A stretch of 64,000 nucleotides of DNA from Malacoraja senta (Eukaryota), in assembly GCA_038087875.1 (NCBI GenBank), contig JAXLNO010000438.1:186001-250000 (forward strand), written 5' to 3'. How positions within the stretch are numbered: the first letter of the stretch is position 1; every line of letters begins with the position of its first letter. Below the pieces are notes generated by a model that saw only the letters and a program-made list of their open reading frames with translations, was not told the origin of the DNA and did no database searches. A program made the position numbers and the translations under genes. Positions 51,587 through 64,000 of the stretch are shown here, in pieces.

Positions 51587-53467
51587 TTTATACCACATTG
51601 AATGTGAGGAATGTGTGCTCTGTGGAAAGTGGATTTAAATTTTATCCAGAGAGTAATGTAATTAAACAGATCATGATGGGGCAAGGTTTGAAAGGTAATC
51701 TGCACCTAGTTAATTGACCTCAGTCTAGACAATTACAGGTGATGTTTTAAAAACAAAGGGCTGAAACTACTTAACAGTCAGGCAGCATCTGAGGAGCGAG
51801 ATACAAGGTCAAGTTCACTAGTCATTGACCTTCTGGAAAAAGGCAGACATTGATGATTAAATTCTCCCTCGCTTTCAATGTGCCAACACAACCCTTGGTT
51901 AATTGAGGACATATTTTTGTAAATTGAGGTCTCGATTGTGGCAAATGTTCCAATTTACTAAATACTTTTGTGACTTGGACCACCAATGAGTCCTTGCACA
52001 TTGAATTCTTGATATTGGTAATCCAATGTCCATGAACATTAAAAGCATAAAAAGCAGAAGGAGCAGTCCACTTCTTGTGTCTAAGAGTTTGTGGTCTCCA
52101 CATTGACCTCGTCAAACATCCTATAACAGATAAAACTAAAATGGATGCACGAGTACAAAATCATGAGGAATAGATTGGGTAAACATACAGACTCTTTTGC
52201 CCAGAGTAGGAGAATTGAGAACCAGAGGACATAAGTTTAAGGTAAGGAGGGGGGGAAGGAAAGGGGCACGCACATTGGTTGGGGTGGGCAGGTTGGGCCA
52301 AAGGGCCTGTTTCCATGCTGTATGACTATGTCATTTTTGATCGCAAGAGGCTGATATTGCATCAGAGAATTAACTCTTTTCCTCTCTGCTTTCTGACATT
52401 TTGTAATTTAGGTACAGATCACTTGCATCTGAAGACTTTTGGTGTTTGAGAGATGCTGCTATAAATGGCAACAGGCTTCAGGGTAGACAAGAAGCCATCT
52501 CGTGTTTTGACCTTGACTGTGGACATAACCTCCACAGGTTTTACAATGGAACCCATTTGTAAAAGATGGATGCACCTCGCGTAGTCAATGAATGTGTGGG
52601 GTTTCCTGTAATTTGATCAGTCAAATTCCACTCACTGCCTGTGACATGATATAAGAGAACCTGTGAAGAGTCAAACTGTTCAGAAGGACAGAAATAGACA
52701 TTGAGAAAAAGTTGGAAGGTGAAGAAAATCAGAAGTAGAATTAACAGGATGTCTCAGATGGACTGAACATTGGCTCTCTTGTGCAAGTTTACATAAGCTG
52801 GCATTTTATACAAGGCTTGGACAGCAAAATCCTTTGAGGAAATTTCAGTGATGCATGATCTTATCTTCACCCAAAATACATATACAAGTAGTTTCCGAAG
52901 GAAATCCTTAAATCATAATTGATTTTTTTAAACTTCTGTGGTAAAGGATGGCAAGATTCATTTTAGTACCTTACAGACACCGGATTAAGTCAGCTCAGGA
53001 AAAACAAAGAAGGTTAGACCTAAAATTGTACTGGTCTATTCATCTTTGTTTCATGTGGAGACTGAGTCGCTGACTGCTCGTGTTGGTGAACTTAAGTTGA
53101 AAACTTTATACATCGATTCATTTCCAAGACAATGATCTGAAGCACTAAAAATATTTATCATGTTTATTTACTAATTGATGATTGTAAAGTAAAACTTCCT
53201 ACAATACCAAGCGTCTTGCCCATTTATGGCCATTGAGATTGCACACATCTTTTGAAAGAAAACCTTTAATAGTCATTTTCAAAATGTCAACCACAATTAG
53301 TGAACTCTACACCGAGTTTACTAAAATTTGGAATCCACCAGCTACTGACAGCATTCTACCCTGCATTTACAGGATTAAAAACAACAAATCTGCAAAAGCA
53401 ACTATGTCTAAACAGTAGATGAATTACTAGCAGCTAAATGGCAATGATGCAGTGAAGGAACAATGGC

Positions 53468-53872
53468 AGTGAAGGAACAACATTTGTTATAATGGAATAC
53501 CAACACTCGCAATGACAGACTGAGGGGGGGGGGGGGGGAAAGAAAGAGGATGGTGTCCACTATTCCCGATTGTCCACTATAACCGACTGATGGGGATAAA
53601 GTTTAACCCAAGGCCGCATTGGGCGGGGGGTTTAAACAAGTGGGAATTTGCAGGCCTGGGAGCCACCGAGCCCCCGGTCCCACACGCAGTGCACCTGGGA
53701 TGGGTCCAGTACTCATGACGCCTTCATGCTGCTCCCTCTCCCCGCTCCCACAACTAGACGTACATCACGTGAGTAACTGGCGGAAGTGTGGGGGGGGGCG
53801 CTGCAACAGGAGCCTCGATCCGTTATAACCAAAATCCGCTATGTAGATGTCTGTTATTGCATGGGTTTACTG
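53468..53872. mobile_element. Possible decayed Tigger-like MITE
   Basis: Right end ...ccgttataacc...gggtttactg; left end degenerate (cagtg...ttgttataatgg). Confidence 0.4.
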
Positions 53873-54534
53873 CATGTAACAAATCAAAGGCAAACTGTTG
53901 CAGATGCTGGATATCCAAAATAAAAATAGAAAATGGTGGAAATAAACAGCAGATCAGGCAGCATCTGAGAGAGGGGAGGGAATTATTGCTTCAGGACAAT
54001 GATCTTTTACTGGAGCAGCAACTCTGTCGGAATTGTTAACTGTTTTTGTCTCCAAAAATGAAGCCATGTTGAATCCTTGAAAAATAAATCAAAGTCAGGT
54101 TATGTGTATAACGCTTCCATCGAAGGTTTTATTAAAACTAGACATTATTGATAGTTGGTTTACCAGGGGGCTCATTGCCAAGCACTAAAAGAGAACACCT
54201 ATTTAAGTATGCACAAATCCGAACACACTTTCAAGAATCAACAAATATCAATTCCCAATAGTACAGCTGCAAAAACCAATAAGGCTAATTACAGTGCATG
54301 TTTATAGAGGTTGATCTATCTAGAAATAGATGAGCACACTATCAGTAATAGTCATAATAATCCAAAGCCAACATCATTCATTAGGCAAATGTTATCAACC
54401 ACAAATAGAGAATTGCAAACAGATTTATTTTTCCTGCAGTTCATTTTTGTGATCCAATTCCAGAGGATTGGAAAAACAATACCTGCTCCATATTGGTTTC
54501 TTAACTATTTCACAGAAAGAGGGCAGAAAGGGCC

Positions 54535-54972
54535 CGAGCAATAGGGAAATGTTGGGCAGGCTAGCATTTTATCCCTGGGAGCACGGGCGTCTGAGGGGTG
54601 ATCTTATAGGGGTGTATAAAATCATGAGGGAATAAATAGAGTGAATGCCAAGCTTTTTCCCCCCCACAGAGTAGGAGAATCAAGAACCAGAGGACATGGG
54701 TTTAAGGCATTTAGGAAACGATTTTATAGGAACCAGAGGGGAAACTTTTTCACCCAGACAGTGGTGGGTATATGGAACTAACTACCAGAGGAGGTAGTTG
54801 AGGCAGGTACTATAACAGCTTTTAATAGACACTAGGACATGTGCAGGGAAACGAATAGTTGAGAGGAAAATGGGCCATACAGGCAAATGGGACTAGCTTA
54901 GATGCAGCATCTTGGTTAGCATGGATGAGTTGGGCCAAAGGGCCTGTTTCTGCACTGTATGGCCCTATGACT
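54535..54972 (+). mobile_element. CR1 3' fragment
   Basis: ctgaggggtgatcttatagg...ccagaggaggtagttgaggcagg...gggcctgtttctgcactgtatg. Confidence 0.8.
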
Positions 54973-55609
54973 TTAATAGAAGTGTCAATAGTAAGGCTAG
55001 CACATATACTGTCCATTCCTAATGCCTGTAAGGAAGTGATGATCTGCCTGCCTGAAATATTGTTATCAGTGTGACATAGATACATGTACTGTGCTGTGAG
55101 GTAGGAATTTTCAGGACCTGGAACCAGGATAAATGATGGAAATGTTATACACCAGTATCAGCAAGGTATGTGGCTGGACTGTAGTGGTCCCCATGTGCCT
55201 GCGGATTGTGTCCTTCTAAGTGGAGGAGGCACAATTTTGAGAATTTATGCAGTAAATGTAATAATTCAAATTATGCAGTTTAGAGATTTATTATCTCCTA
55301 AAAATCAAAATAGAAGCTAATAAAGCGAAGCTATTAAGAACAGAAGCTACAAAATGCTATTCATATAAATTTTAGTGTATTTCCAGAGTGAATTGCAAAA
55401 CCAACCATAACCTTTATACTCCCGTATTTATACCTTTGACACGTGGGTTACAAGTGTTTCTGCTGGAAACAATTATGTTTTAACCCATGTTTTGACATGT
55501 GATGCCTCTGCAATTTCAACCTTAAAATAATGATACTGTACTAAGCATCACCAAAGTCTAGAGATTATCTTGAGCAGGACAGAAATGGAAAAGAGAGAAA
55601 GTTAGATTA

Positions 55610-55823
55610 GAAGGTACACAAAAATGCTGGAGAAACTCAGCGGGTGCAGCAGCATCTATGGAGCGAAGGAAATAGGCAACGTTTCGGGCCGAAACCCTTC
55701 TTCAGGTTTCGGCCCGAAACGTTGCCTATTTCCTTCGCTCCATAGATGCTGCTGCACCCGCTGAGTTTCTCCAGCATTTTTGTGTACCTTCGATTTTCCA
55801 GCATCTGCAGTTCCTTCTTTAAC
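55610..55823. mobile_element. Young inverted Penelope pseudo-LTR cassette forming a perfect 87-bp hairpin
   Basis: 55610-55696 is the exact reverse complement of 55705-55791; flanking aagtta(g/t)attaga at 55599-55611 and 55824-55836. Confidence 0.93.
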
Positions 55824-55836
55824 AAGTTATATTAGA

Positions 55837-56416
55837 CCTTGATTGGACTACACTGAGTAGTCTTGTGTACAGTTATGTTAATCATATTGAAGGGGAATTG
55901 AAGCACTGGAGAAAGAATGAAACCATGAATGAAAGGGCATCAATGGATCTAATTTCTCTTGTGAACAGAAAATTAAGGGGCAACCTTACAGAAATATTTT
56001 TTTTTAATTAAGAGTTTCAATAGATTAGATGCAGAGAGAATGTCTCCACATGAGGAACAGCATAACTGGAGGTCATTGATCAAGGATAGTCACTAAGAAA
56101 TCCATTTGGGAATGTGGAACTCTCTACCTGGGGGAGTGGTTATAGTGAATAGTATAGATACATTCAAGGGGGGGCTACACATGCACACAAGAAGGAAAAA
56201 GGGAGAAGGAAATCAATCACTATGATGATAGATTTAGATGAGGAAAAATGAGATTAGGGATAGGTGGACCAGATACTCTGGTGTGGAGTGCTTTGACCTA
56301 ATGACTTTTGTCACCTGCATGGAATGGGATACGGGTCAAATGGAACTAGCATATGTGGGCATCTTGCTCGGCATTGATAAGTTGGGCTGAAGGATCTGTT
56401 TCCATGCTGTATGACT
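55837..56416 (+). mobile_element. Old CR1 remnants
   Basis: Degenerate CR1 ORF2 end and 3' tail (aatgtggaactctctacc...; gggctgaaggatctgtttccatgctgtatgact). Confidence 0.55.
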
Positions 56417-58597
56417 AACCTTATTCTGATTGCACAATATTGTGGATGTGCACTCGCATGGATAGAATAAGAAAGAGAAGCTGTTCAAAACCATTGAATC
56501 TCCAATGTAACAGTTAGAGAAAAAGGACCCACATTTCAGGAGATCAGGATACTCAAATGCTTTTTCCAGAAAATGGCATAATAGAGCGTATGTAGTTTGA
56601 CCACCCTTGAAATGTCAAAAACTATTCATTCACCATCCAGGAAAAGTCACGATGAAAGACAAGCTGCATTTGTAAGATCACCTTCACAGATCATTGCATT
56701 CATCAACCTCACCTTTTGAAAAGGTACATCTCCTTCAAATACATATACAAAATATGTTACATTTTGAGTGCCACCATATTTTGCAATAATGTGTTCTGTG
56801 ATCAACTACACGTCAAGTGGTTCTTAAATCTCTCGATTATAAATGTCTTCATGAGGTCGTTTCAATGCAACAGAAATCTTCTGCCCTTCAGGGACTACTC
56901 TGTCATTTTGATGGTTCATCCACAACCACAATGTAATGGCATTGTAATAAATCTCCATATCGCAAGCGAATATTAGCATTTGTTATGAAACAGATTAAAG
57001 CTGCAACATTTCACTTTCAACTTGAGTGGAGTTCTCTGTCAGTATTATAATTGCATAGTATATTATAATTGCAATGTTTCTCATGTGTAGATCCATGGTT
57101 TCTAGAAGAAATGTGGAGAATGGGCAGACAAACGAATGGCAGTTGCACAATTACTCTACGCAGTTCCAATCTGCGTATGAAGTAGCAAGTACAATCAGCA
57201 CTACAGAAGATGCAGAATAGATTAACAAGGATGGTATCAGAACAATAACTTAGAATGACCAGGAATGACAAAACAAACTGTAGCTCATTGTGCGCAAAAG
57301 TGAAGTAATTGTGGCAATGGCAAATTGTACTACTGCACTTATAGATAATCTAAGATGCAGCAGGGGAAAGTCAGAGGCATAAAGTCAGAGGAAACAGGCC
57401 CCTTGGCTCACCAATTGCATCCTGATTGTCATCCACCCATTGAAAGAATAGGTTTGAGTAAGGTAGGACAAATCTCACCAGAAACTTCAGCCTAGGCCAG
57501 CTCAGTCCAATATCCATTGTACTATTTCTTCCTCGCCCATCGTGTTACAATTAATTGCTAACCACATGAACACATTTCCCACTTCCACACTGATGAAAAA
57601 AAAGCTCGAGAACAGTCTGGCCATGTAATTATATATTTGTATTACTTGCTGATGCAGAGAGAAGAATCACATTTCCAGTGAGATGTCCTTGGCACATAAT
57701 AATGCTTAAAAATGCTTTAGGATTACAAACTGTCCAAGTTGCTCATTCATTTCAGGATAAGCTACATGATAAGTGAATAAACTTTGGGCTCCCAGTGCAA
57801 TTTGGTTTAATATAGGGCCTTTAATGCAGGAAGGCATACACACTTCAGAGAGCCATTACCAAAAAAAAATGGATGTTGAAATAAAAACAGAAAAAAGTGC
57901 AGTGATCAAATGGGTCAACAAAGGGGCAAGTTTTAAAATGGTCTTACAGGAGAAGTGGAAGGGATTAAATTTAAGTGTGCCACAGATCAAGGGACAACTA
58001 TTGATTACAGGACTCAGAATTTTCGACAAGCATCAAGTGTACTGCACTTAATGTTAATTTATTCTTACATTTAGTATGTGCCCCTCTCTCCCTCATTCCC
58101 TCCTGTCTCAAGACTCCTTCTTCTAGCCAAACAAATTGATACTGCTCTGTAAATTGGTTGTATCTTTCTCATGTTTCTTTGATATTACCTTGGAATACTT
58201 CTAGCAAAGTCTTGCATGCTTAGATGTTGTCATGTAGCAAGGCCAAAATAAGCCTCACCCATGAAAAGCGGAGAAGAAATGCCAATTACAAGCATAGCCA
58301 GCTGTCAAAGATGGTCAAAGCTTTGAAAATGTCTCAATATCAAGAGCATTCGAAAAGATTAAAGCAAAAGAAACAGTTAAATACTTAACTATTGAAACAA
58401 CTCAATTTAACCAAATTCAGTTGAAATGGCAATGCTGTTAGTGTACCATTTCTGTGCCCCCCTTCCCCCACATACTTTCCTCTGTGATGTTTAATGCACA
58501 ACTTTGTGCTCCGCGTACAATGTCAGAGCGCACCGAAGTAAAGCCTGCTGACAAGGAGGCAGCAAGTTTGGGACTTCCTCGTTCACATAGAAGGCTA

Positions 58598-59579
58598 CTA
58601 GACTAAGTGGGACCCATTGGGTCCCATGTTCACATGGGAGGGCTGGTCCCCCAAGGCAATATTCCACCTCTCCACCAATTCCAATATTGGTGGCCAGTGG
58701 GGGGGGGGGCGCATTCTGGAGCGCTAGTATGGGTGTTGTGGGCCTAAGGGACTGGTTTCCATTGGGCTAGTATGGACATTGTGGGCTGAATGGATTCTTG
58801 GGCTGGCAGCTCAGTCACTCAGGCCTGGTGGGCAGGCAGCTCAGTCACTCAGGGCTGGCAGATCAGTCACTCACAGCTGGTGGGCTGGCAGTTCACTCAT
58901 GGCTATTCCTTGAAATTCCATTCCAAGCAGAGTGCAGGCCACCAAATTCAATTTGATAGCATTTCAAGCCAAGTGCAGGCCACCAAATTCAATTTGATAG
59001 CATTTCAAACAGAGTGCAGGCTACCAAATTCAATTTGAAAGCATTTCAAGCAGAGTGCAGACCACCAAATTCAATTTGATAGCATTTCAAGCAGAGTGCA
59101 AGCCACCAAATTCAATTTCATAGCATTTCAAGCAGAGTGCATGCCATCAAATTGCCAAACAACTCATTGCATTGTCATTAAGGGCTAACAAATCATTTAT
59201 TGCAAGTACATTGAAGATTCACAGTTCAGTTGATTCACAGCTTAGAATCGCAGTTGTGGACTCTCCCTCGCGATCTTCTAGACTGACTGACTCACGTCCA
59301 GGCATCCGGGGTTTTATAATCCTGCCCCCCCTGGAAGGGGCGTTACCTTCATAGAGGTGATTGAGAGGCGAGAGGACCAATCAGCTGATCAAGATTTTTA
59401 AAAAACCCTCATAACTTTTTTATTTTTCATCGATCGGAAAAATCTTCGGGGCTGCCTCAACGGAGGAAGATTGTAAGATGGCCAAAAATCATAGCGATAT
59501 ATGGTAGAGTTTTTTCTAAAATCAATATAGAGCGCAGACAGGAAGTGGTCAAGATGAGACTTTTAGTTATATAGATAGA
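58598..59579 (-). mobile_element. Non-autonomous Helitron, 982 bp
   Basis: Minus strand reads A|TCTATCTATATAAC ... tgggaccc-aat-gggtccca-cttagt-CTAG|T: TC start, subterminal hairpin, CTAG end, AT target and no TSD. Confidence 0.87.
58922..59154. repeat. 41-bp minisatellite (about 5.7 copies) inside the Helitron
   Basis: Unit ttcaagcagagtgcaggccaccaaattcaatttgatagcat starts at 58922, 58963, 59004, 59045, 59086 and 59127. Confidence 0.93.
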
Positions 59580-61429
59580 TGTGCCCAGCACTGGTAAATA
59601 GAATGAGTATATTTAGATACTTGTTGGTCCGTATGGAGATGGTGCCACCAACGTACTGCTTTTGAGATGCCAGACTCTGCAGGAAACCCATCATTGATGG
59701 TACTTGTGTGGGAGAGGTTGACCAGGGAGATCATCAGCAGTTGCGGTAAATGAGGCAATCCATTGTGGGAGGGATCCTGGTGGCTTATTCCCATTTTACT
59801 CACAGCGTAAATGAAAGCACTGTCACATTTCCAGTGAGGTCACTTAATAACAGAGTGCTGTGAAGCAACCGAGAAACCTTGCTTCGTTGCCACATATAGT
59901 TTGAGAAATTACAGGGTTTAGACCTACCCAGTCAGGCAGTTCATACATTAACATGTAATTTTACTCAAATTGTTTTAAATCTCAAAACGTTAGCTGGTTT
60001 AATAACAATATCAATGCTATTTATCTGCTGTAGCAGTACTTTTGAGCAGCAACAGCACTTCCAATGTTAATTTTTTTTTCAGATTGTCCTTTGCTTTTTG
60101 GGACATTTCCAGCAAAAGACCATTTGTCTTAGGGTTACTGCAGCGGTATAACTTTCATCCTGATGATGACCAAGATCTAACGCTAATCAGTTACCAAGTA
60201 TGAAGGGAGACCTCCCATGGCCCAAATCTACAAGCATCCAAGTCACCACCCCAAGATGAATAACTGTGGGTCAGCATTTGTTCTTTTGTTTCTCTGAGCC
60301 ATAGTCCCTGTTGTTGCTCACCAAACTATCCTGGATTACTGGGCAGAGACAGCAGTGGTGGGAGTAGTTGGGGGGGGCGGAGGAGAAGAAAGTTCATCCA
60401 TTACATTGCACTGACATAATTAATTAAAATGTTTTAAAGTAATTAAGTATTACTGGATTTTTAGACTGGAAGCAACACAATAGGAGACTGAGGAAAAAAA
60501 GTCTAAAACAAGTAAAACAGATCTTTCTTGGAAGCACGAGATCTTCAGATCCATTCACTTCCCTCATATTGCATATCCTAGTTGAAAAAAAAGAGCTAAC
60601 CAGTTTGCAGACTTCAGATAATGCTGATCCCAATCAAGCATACAAAAATGCGTGATGGCACCAAAGGACAATTAGCCTGCCAATGTTGTTCTTCCTCACA
60701 AGAAACTATTTCCTCCACGCTTCCTACTGATTTATATTTGTGATGGAGGAAGACAAGGGTAAGACCAAATCCAATCCATCTTCGAGTAGTGGAACTGATC
60801 TGGCTTGACTGTAGAAAACATTAATGGGGTTCGCATGGCTGAAGTATTTATCAATTTATGATACAGTTTTAACAGTATAGTAGAGAAATAACTACTAGTA
60901 TCAAATTGAGCAGGGATGATTGCAACAATTTCAAATATTGGACTGCTGATAATACACAATGTTTTTGTGTCTTATTTCAGCACAATGTCAGTGATTTATT
61001 TATACTTCATCTAATTAGTTTTACACCTCGTTATGCAGTAGTCACGGATGTCTAGACAGCGTTAATAGCGTGAAACTGCACTGTGGAGATGAGCACAAAA
61101 GGAAAAGTAATTTCACAATCCAAATGAACTAATGCAGTTCAGGGAAATTGCTAATTACCCCAGTCTAGACACTACCAGAAGAAAAACCTCCAAAACAATT
61201 TCGATCTCCACTGATAAATTTGTCATCACACAAACTGAACAGAAGTAGGTATTAAAAGAAACATATTTTAAATTGCCTTCCAAAAGGGGTGGGCAGGAAG
61301 GAGGCTAGTAAGCAAGTTTTGTAAAGTCAGATTCAACTAAAGCTTAGCTATTTACATGTTAGTCCACACATATTGTTGATTGGCTGATATTTTCAGTGGC
61401 AAAATGTATATTTTACCCAACTTTTCATT

Positions 61430-61592
61430 TTTTCTATATCTCTTTACATCACCGTCCATATCTCTCATTTGCCTTTCCCCTGATTCTCAAGCTGAAGAAA
61501 GGTCTCGACCCGTAACGTCACCTATTCCTTTACTCCAGAGATGCTGCCTGAGCCGCTGAGGTCAGTTTTTACTACAGCGTTTTGTGTCTTAT
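61430..61592 (+). mobile_element. Penelope 3' UTR plus pseudo-LTR cassette
   Basis: gctgaagaaaggtctcgacccgtaacgtcacctattcc... Confidence 0.75.
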
Positions 61593-61937
61593 CTCACTGA
61601 TCTTGGAATTAAATATTTCATACTTCTGAATACTTTGTAGATTCTAAATATGAACATTATTTTCACAAAATCCATGCCAAACCTGGCAGATACAAGACCC
61701 TGCCCAGGCACAAAAATCCAGGATCAGTTCAGCACTCCCTCGTGCCTGCGATGTGGCATGAACTCACAACAAGCTCCTCTGTGAAGTCAAAACAAAAAGA
61801 AACAATGGCACTACAATAAAACTCATAATCCTCTCTCAAACTATTCAGAAATCCTGATAATTTGACATCTGGGTCACAGGTGAGGTTTCTCTGAAACACA
61901 CCAGGGCCCCAGTTCCCATGCACCTTTTAAACTTAAA

Positions 61938-62027
61938 GTGACACAAAGTGCTGGAGTACCTCAGTGGGTCAACCAGCATCTCTGGAGAACATGGATAGGT
62001 GACGTTTCGAAACATTTCTTCAGACTG
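61938..62027 (-). mobile_element. Penelope pseudo-LTR cassette (partial)
   Basis: gacacaaagtgctggagtacctcag...ggtgacgtttcg...ttcttcagactg. Confidence 0.7.
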
Positions 62028-64000
62028 TGCAACATTTTATTTTTTAATGTCAATCAAAAAGATTGGGGTAGGAATAGAAATAACATCTGTTTGGAAAATC
62101 TGTTGATCCTGCACCAAGGTTCCGAGCCATATTATTAGATATTTTTATTGACTGTTGAAAATAACAATTACTTTTTCCACTCCCAGTTCTATGGGTTTTG
62201 AAGTGGGCTGGCGAGGCTTATGAGGCTTATGAGGGATATATATAGTCTAGCAGAGGTGAGGCAAGACACGCTTAATGAAATACATGGTGAGCAGTACAGG
62301 AGGTACCTCAATCTGCCATTTTCACTGTGCTCCTAACATAGACACTTGAGATTCCCAGTGCCATTCTGGATGCTGTTCTTCCAATTTTGAGTGATCATGG
62401 GCCAGGGACATCTTTGAAATATTTATTTCCTCCAATCTTCCTTGTCATGTCTTGTACTTTGCTGTATTGTAGTCTGCTCCAAGCTGAATAGCAAACGATT
62501 TTGGTGTCTACTATTCTTCGATGGACTGCTTATCTGATCTTTACCAATCTTGCTAGGTATGGATCTCATCACACTTTTACGCAGTAAATGCAACTATGAT
62601 TTGGAGCATTCGATTTTCAGCTAAGCAGTTTGGGATGGACTAAATTTGATCAAGATGCTGTTGAAGCTTAGAAATACATGCAAGAATACAGGGTCAAGTT
62701 CATAGAAAGACAGAAGTGTTATTTTTGGTTTTGCCATTGGCAAGAGATTGCACCCACTCTCTCCCATGCCCTGCTAAGAAAAAAAAGCTTTAACTTTGAT
62801 TTACTCAGCCTCCTATAGTGTTGCTTCCAGTCTCAATATTCCAGCTAACACATGCAACATTTTAAGAGGAGCCTGGTCCCAAATGGGCCAACCACATTAG
62901 ACCTGCTTCCTCTACTCACTAGTCTTCTTGTATAATGTGGTTTTACTGAATAGTTAAAACTTGCATAGAATGCAGGAACTTACTGGATCTACTTTAAACT
63001 ACTGAAAACATAATACAGCTCAAGGGCACAGATGTAAAAAAAAAATCCAAACGTTATAATGAATAGGAGAGAGTAAATAAAGACAGTGGTCTCAGGCAGA
63101 GTGAAATATGTTGAGGATAAACCCCAATGATTTCCCATTACAAAGCCGGATTTTTTTTCAAATTGTGATTTACATAACTATTTATTAAGGAGCTGCAAAA
63201 GTGCACAGAAATTGCATAAACTGGCCTAAAATGAATAAATATGAATTCTATTATGGTTAGAAATAATTTTCTCCTAATACTTTTGTTTTTACAGCCACCT
63301 TTATTGAGTCACAAAATACCCATCTCACATTTGACTTAGTCTGACAAATGTAAACATTTATAACACTCAAAAGTAAGTTCTGAAGGGACTCCTGATTTGT
63401 GATAGTTTAAGGAAGCTCTTCCAAAAATCTTTCAAAATTCACATCTGTTCATTATATTTTGGAGCTGAAATTTGGACTTTCTCCCCCATCCCCCGAGGGA
63501 GGTTTGGAATACAACTAACTCTGGAATTTAGTTTTATTTCTTGCTGGAAAGTAAGCTGTGGAAAACTAAGCTGCTGCAAAGGGATAAAGTCCAGTTAAGT
63601 ATGTAAAAAGACGGCAGAATGTAGAAAAGTGCAAAATTATCCTCGGTCTCCAACAACGTTTTTTAATATTTTGTTTAAAAAAAACTATAAAACATTGGTA
63701 TTCTAAGAATTAGTATTGGAAGAGGAGGAAATATTAATGCTTGAACATAAATTAGAAGATGTGCAGCATGTCTTTCGGCTTATATGCTAGGTTAGTTTAT
63801 ATGTCAAAGAGTCAAGAGTCATAGTATAGGAATCTTGCTGAATTGGCCCTTCTATATGACTCTGAGACATGGACTACCTACAACACTGGAAAGCTACCAA
63901 TTCTGTTTACTCTCCCAACATCCCTATACTACCACTCTAGATACTCTCAATCAGCTATGTTGAGCAGGCCATGTCACCACATGCTTAATACCAGATTCCC

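Noticed and set aside
58922..59154. CRISPR-like regular repeats
   Set aside because: Head-to-tail 41-bp units with no unique spacers, no cas genes and a vertebrate context; this is a minisatellite.
63940..63980. Possible upstream PX exon (VTW on the minus strand); also 60220-60250
   Set aside because: Surrounding codons do not match VYIINVTWSD...YRRYSKFFDLQ, and a stop follows in the first case.

Overview
Repeat-rich vertebrate genomic DNA, most likely from a cartilaginous fish (skate/ray), judged from HE1-type V-SINEs, CR1 LINEs and Penelope-derived repeats. The only host-gene sequence I can support is a 76-bp minus-strand exon (6356-6431) encoding part of the PX domain of SH3PXD2A/B (Tks5/Tks4). 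The rest of the window appears to be the flanking introns. Main contents: (1) a nested block at 22.3-28.0 kb, where a CR1(-) hosts a near-complete CR1(+) ORF2 that in turn hosts a young L1 3' fragment, a Harbinger-like MITE and an A-rich insert; (2) a second nest at 46.0-48.2 kb (L1 > DNA transposon > captured 762-bp segment); (3) a decayed, inverted Penelope locus at 34.5-38.2 kb; (4) a non-autonomous Helitron at 58.6-59.6 kb; (5) several MITEs, about ten HE1-type SINEs and a young SINE resembling teleost AFC SINEs; (6) more than a dozen short Penelope pseudo-LTR cassettes, often with target-site duplications (TSDs) and inverted arms, carrying a hammerhead-ribozyme-like core (CTGA[A/T]GA-A-stem-GAAA-CGT[C/T]). 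There are two 200-N assembly gaps. Family names come from recognition, not database searches, and the boundaries of old repeats are approximate.
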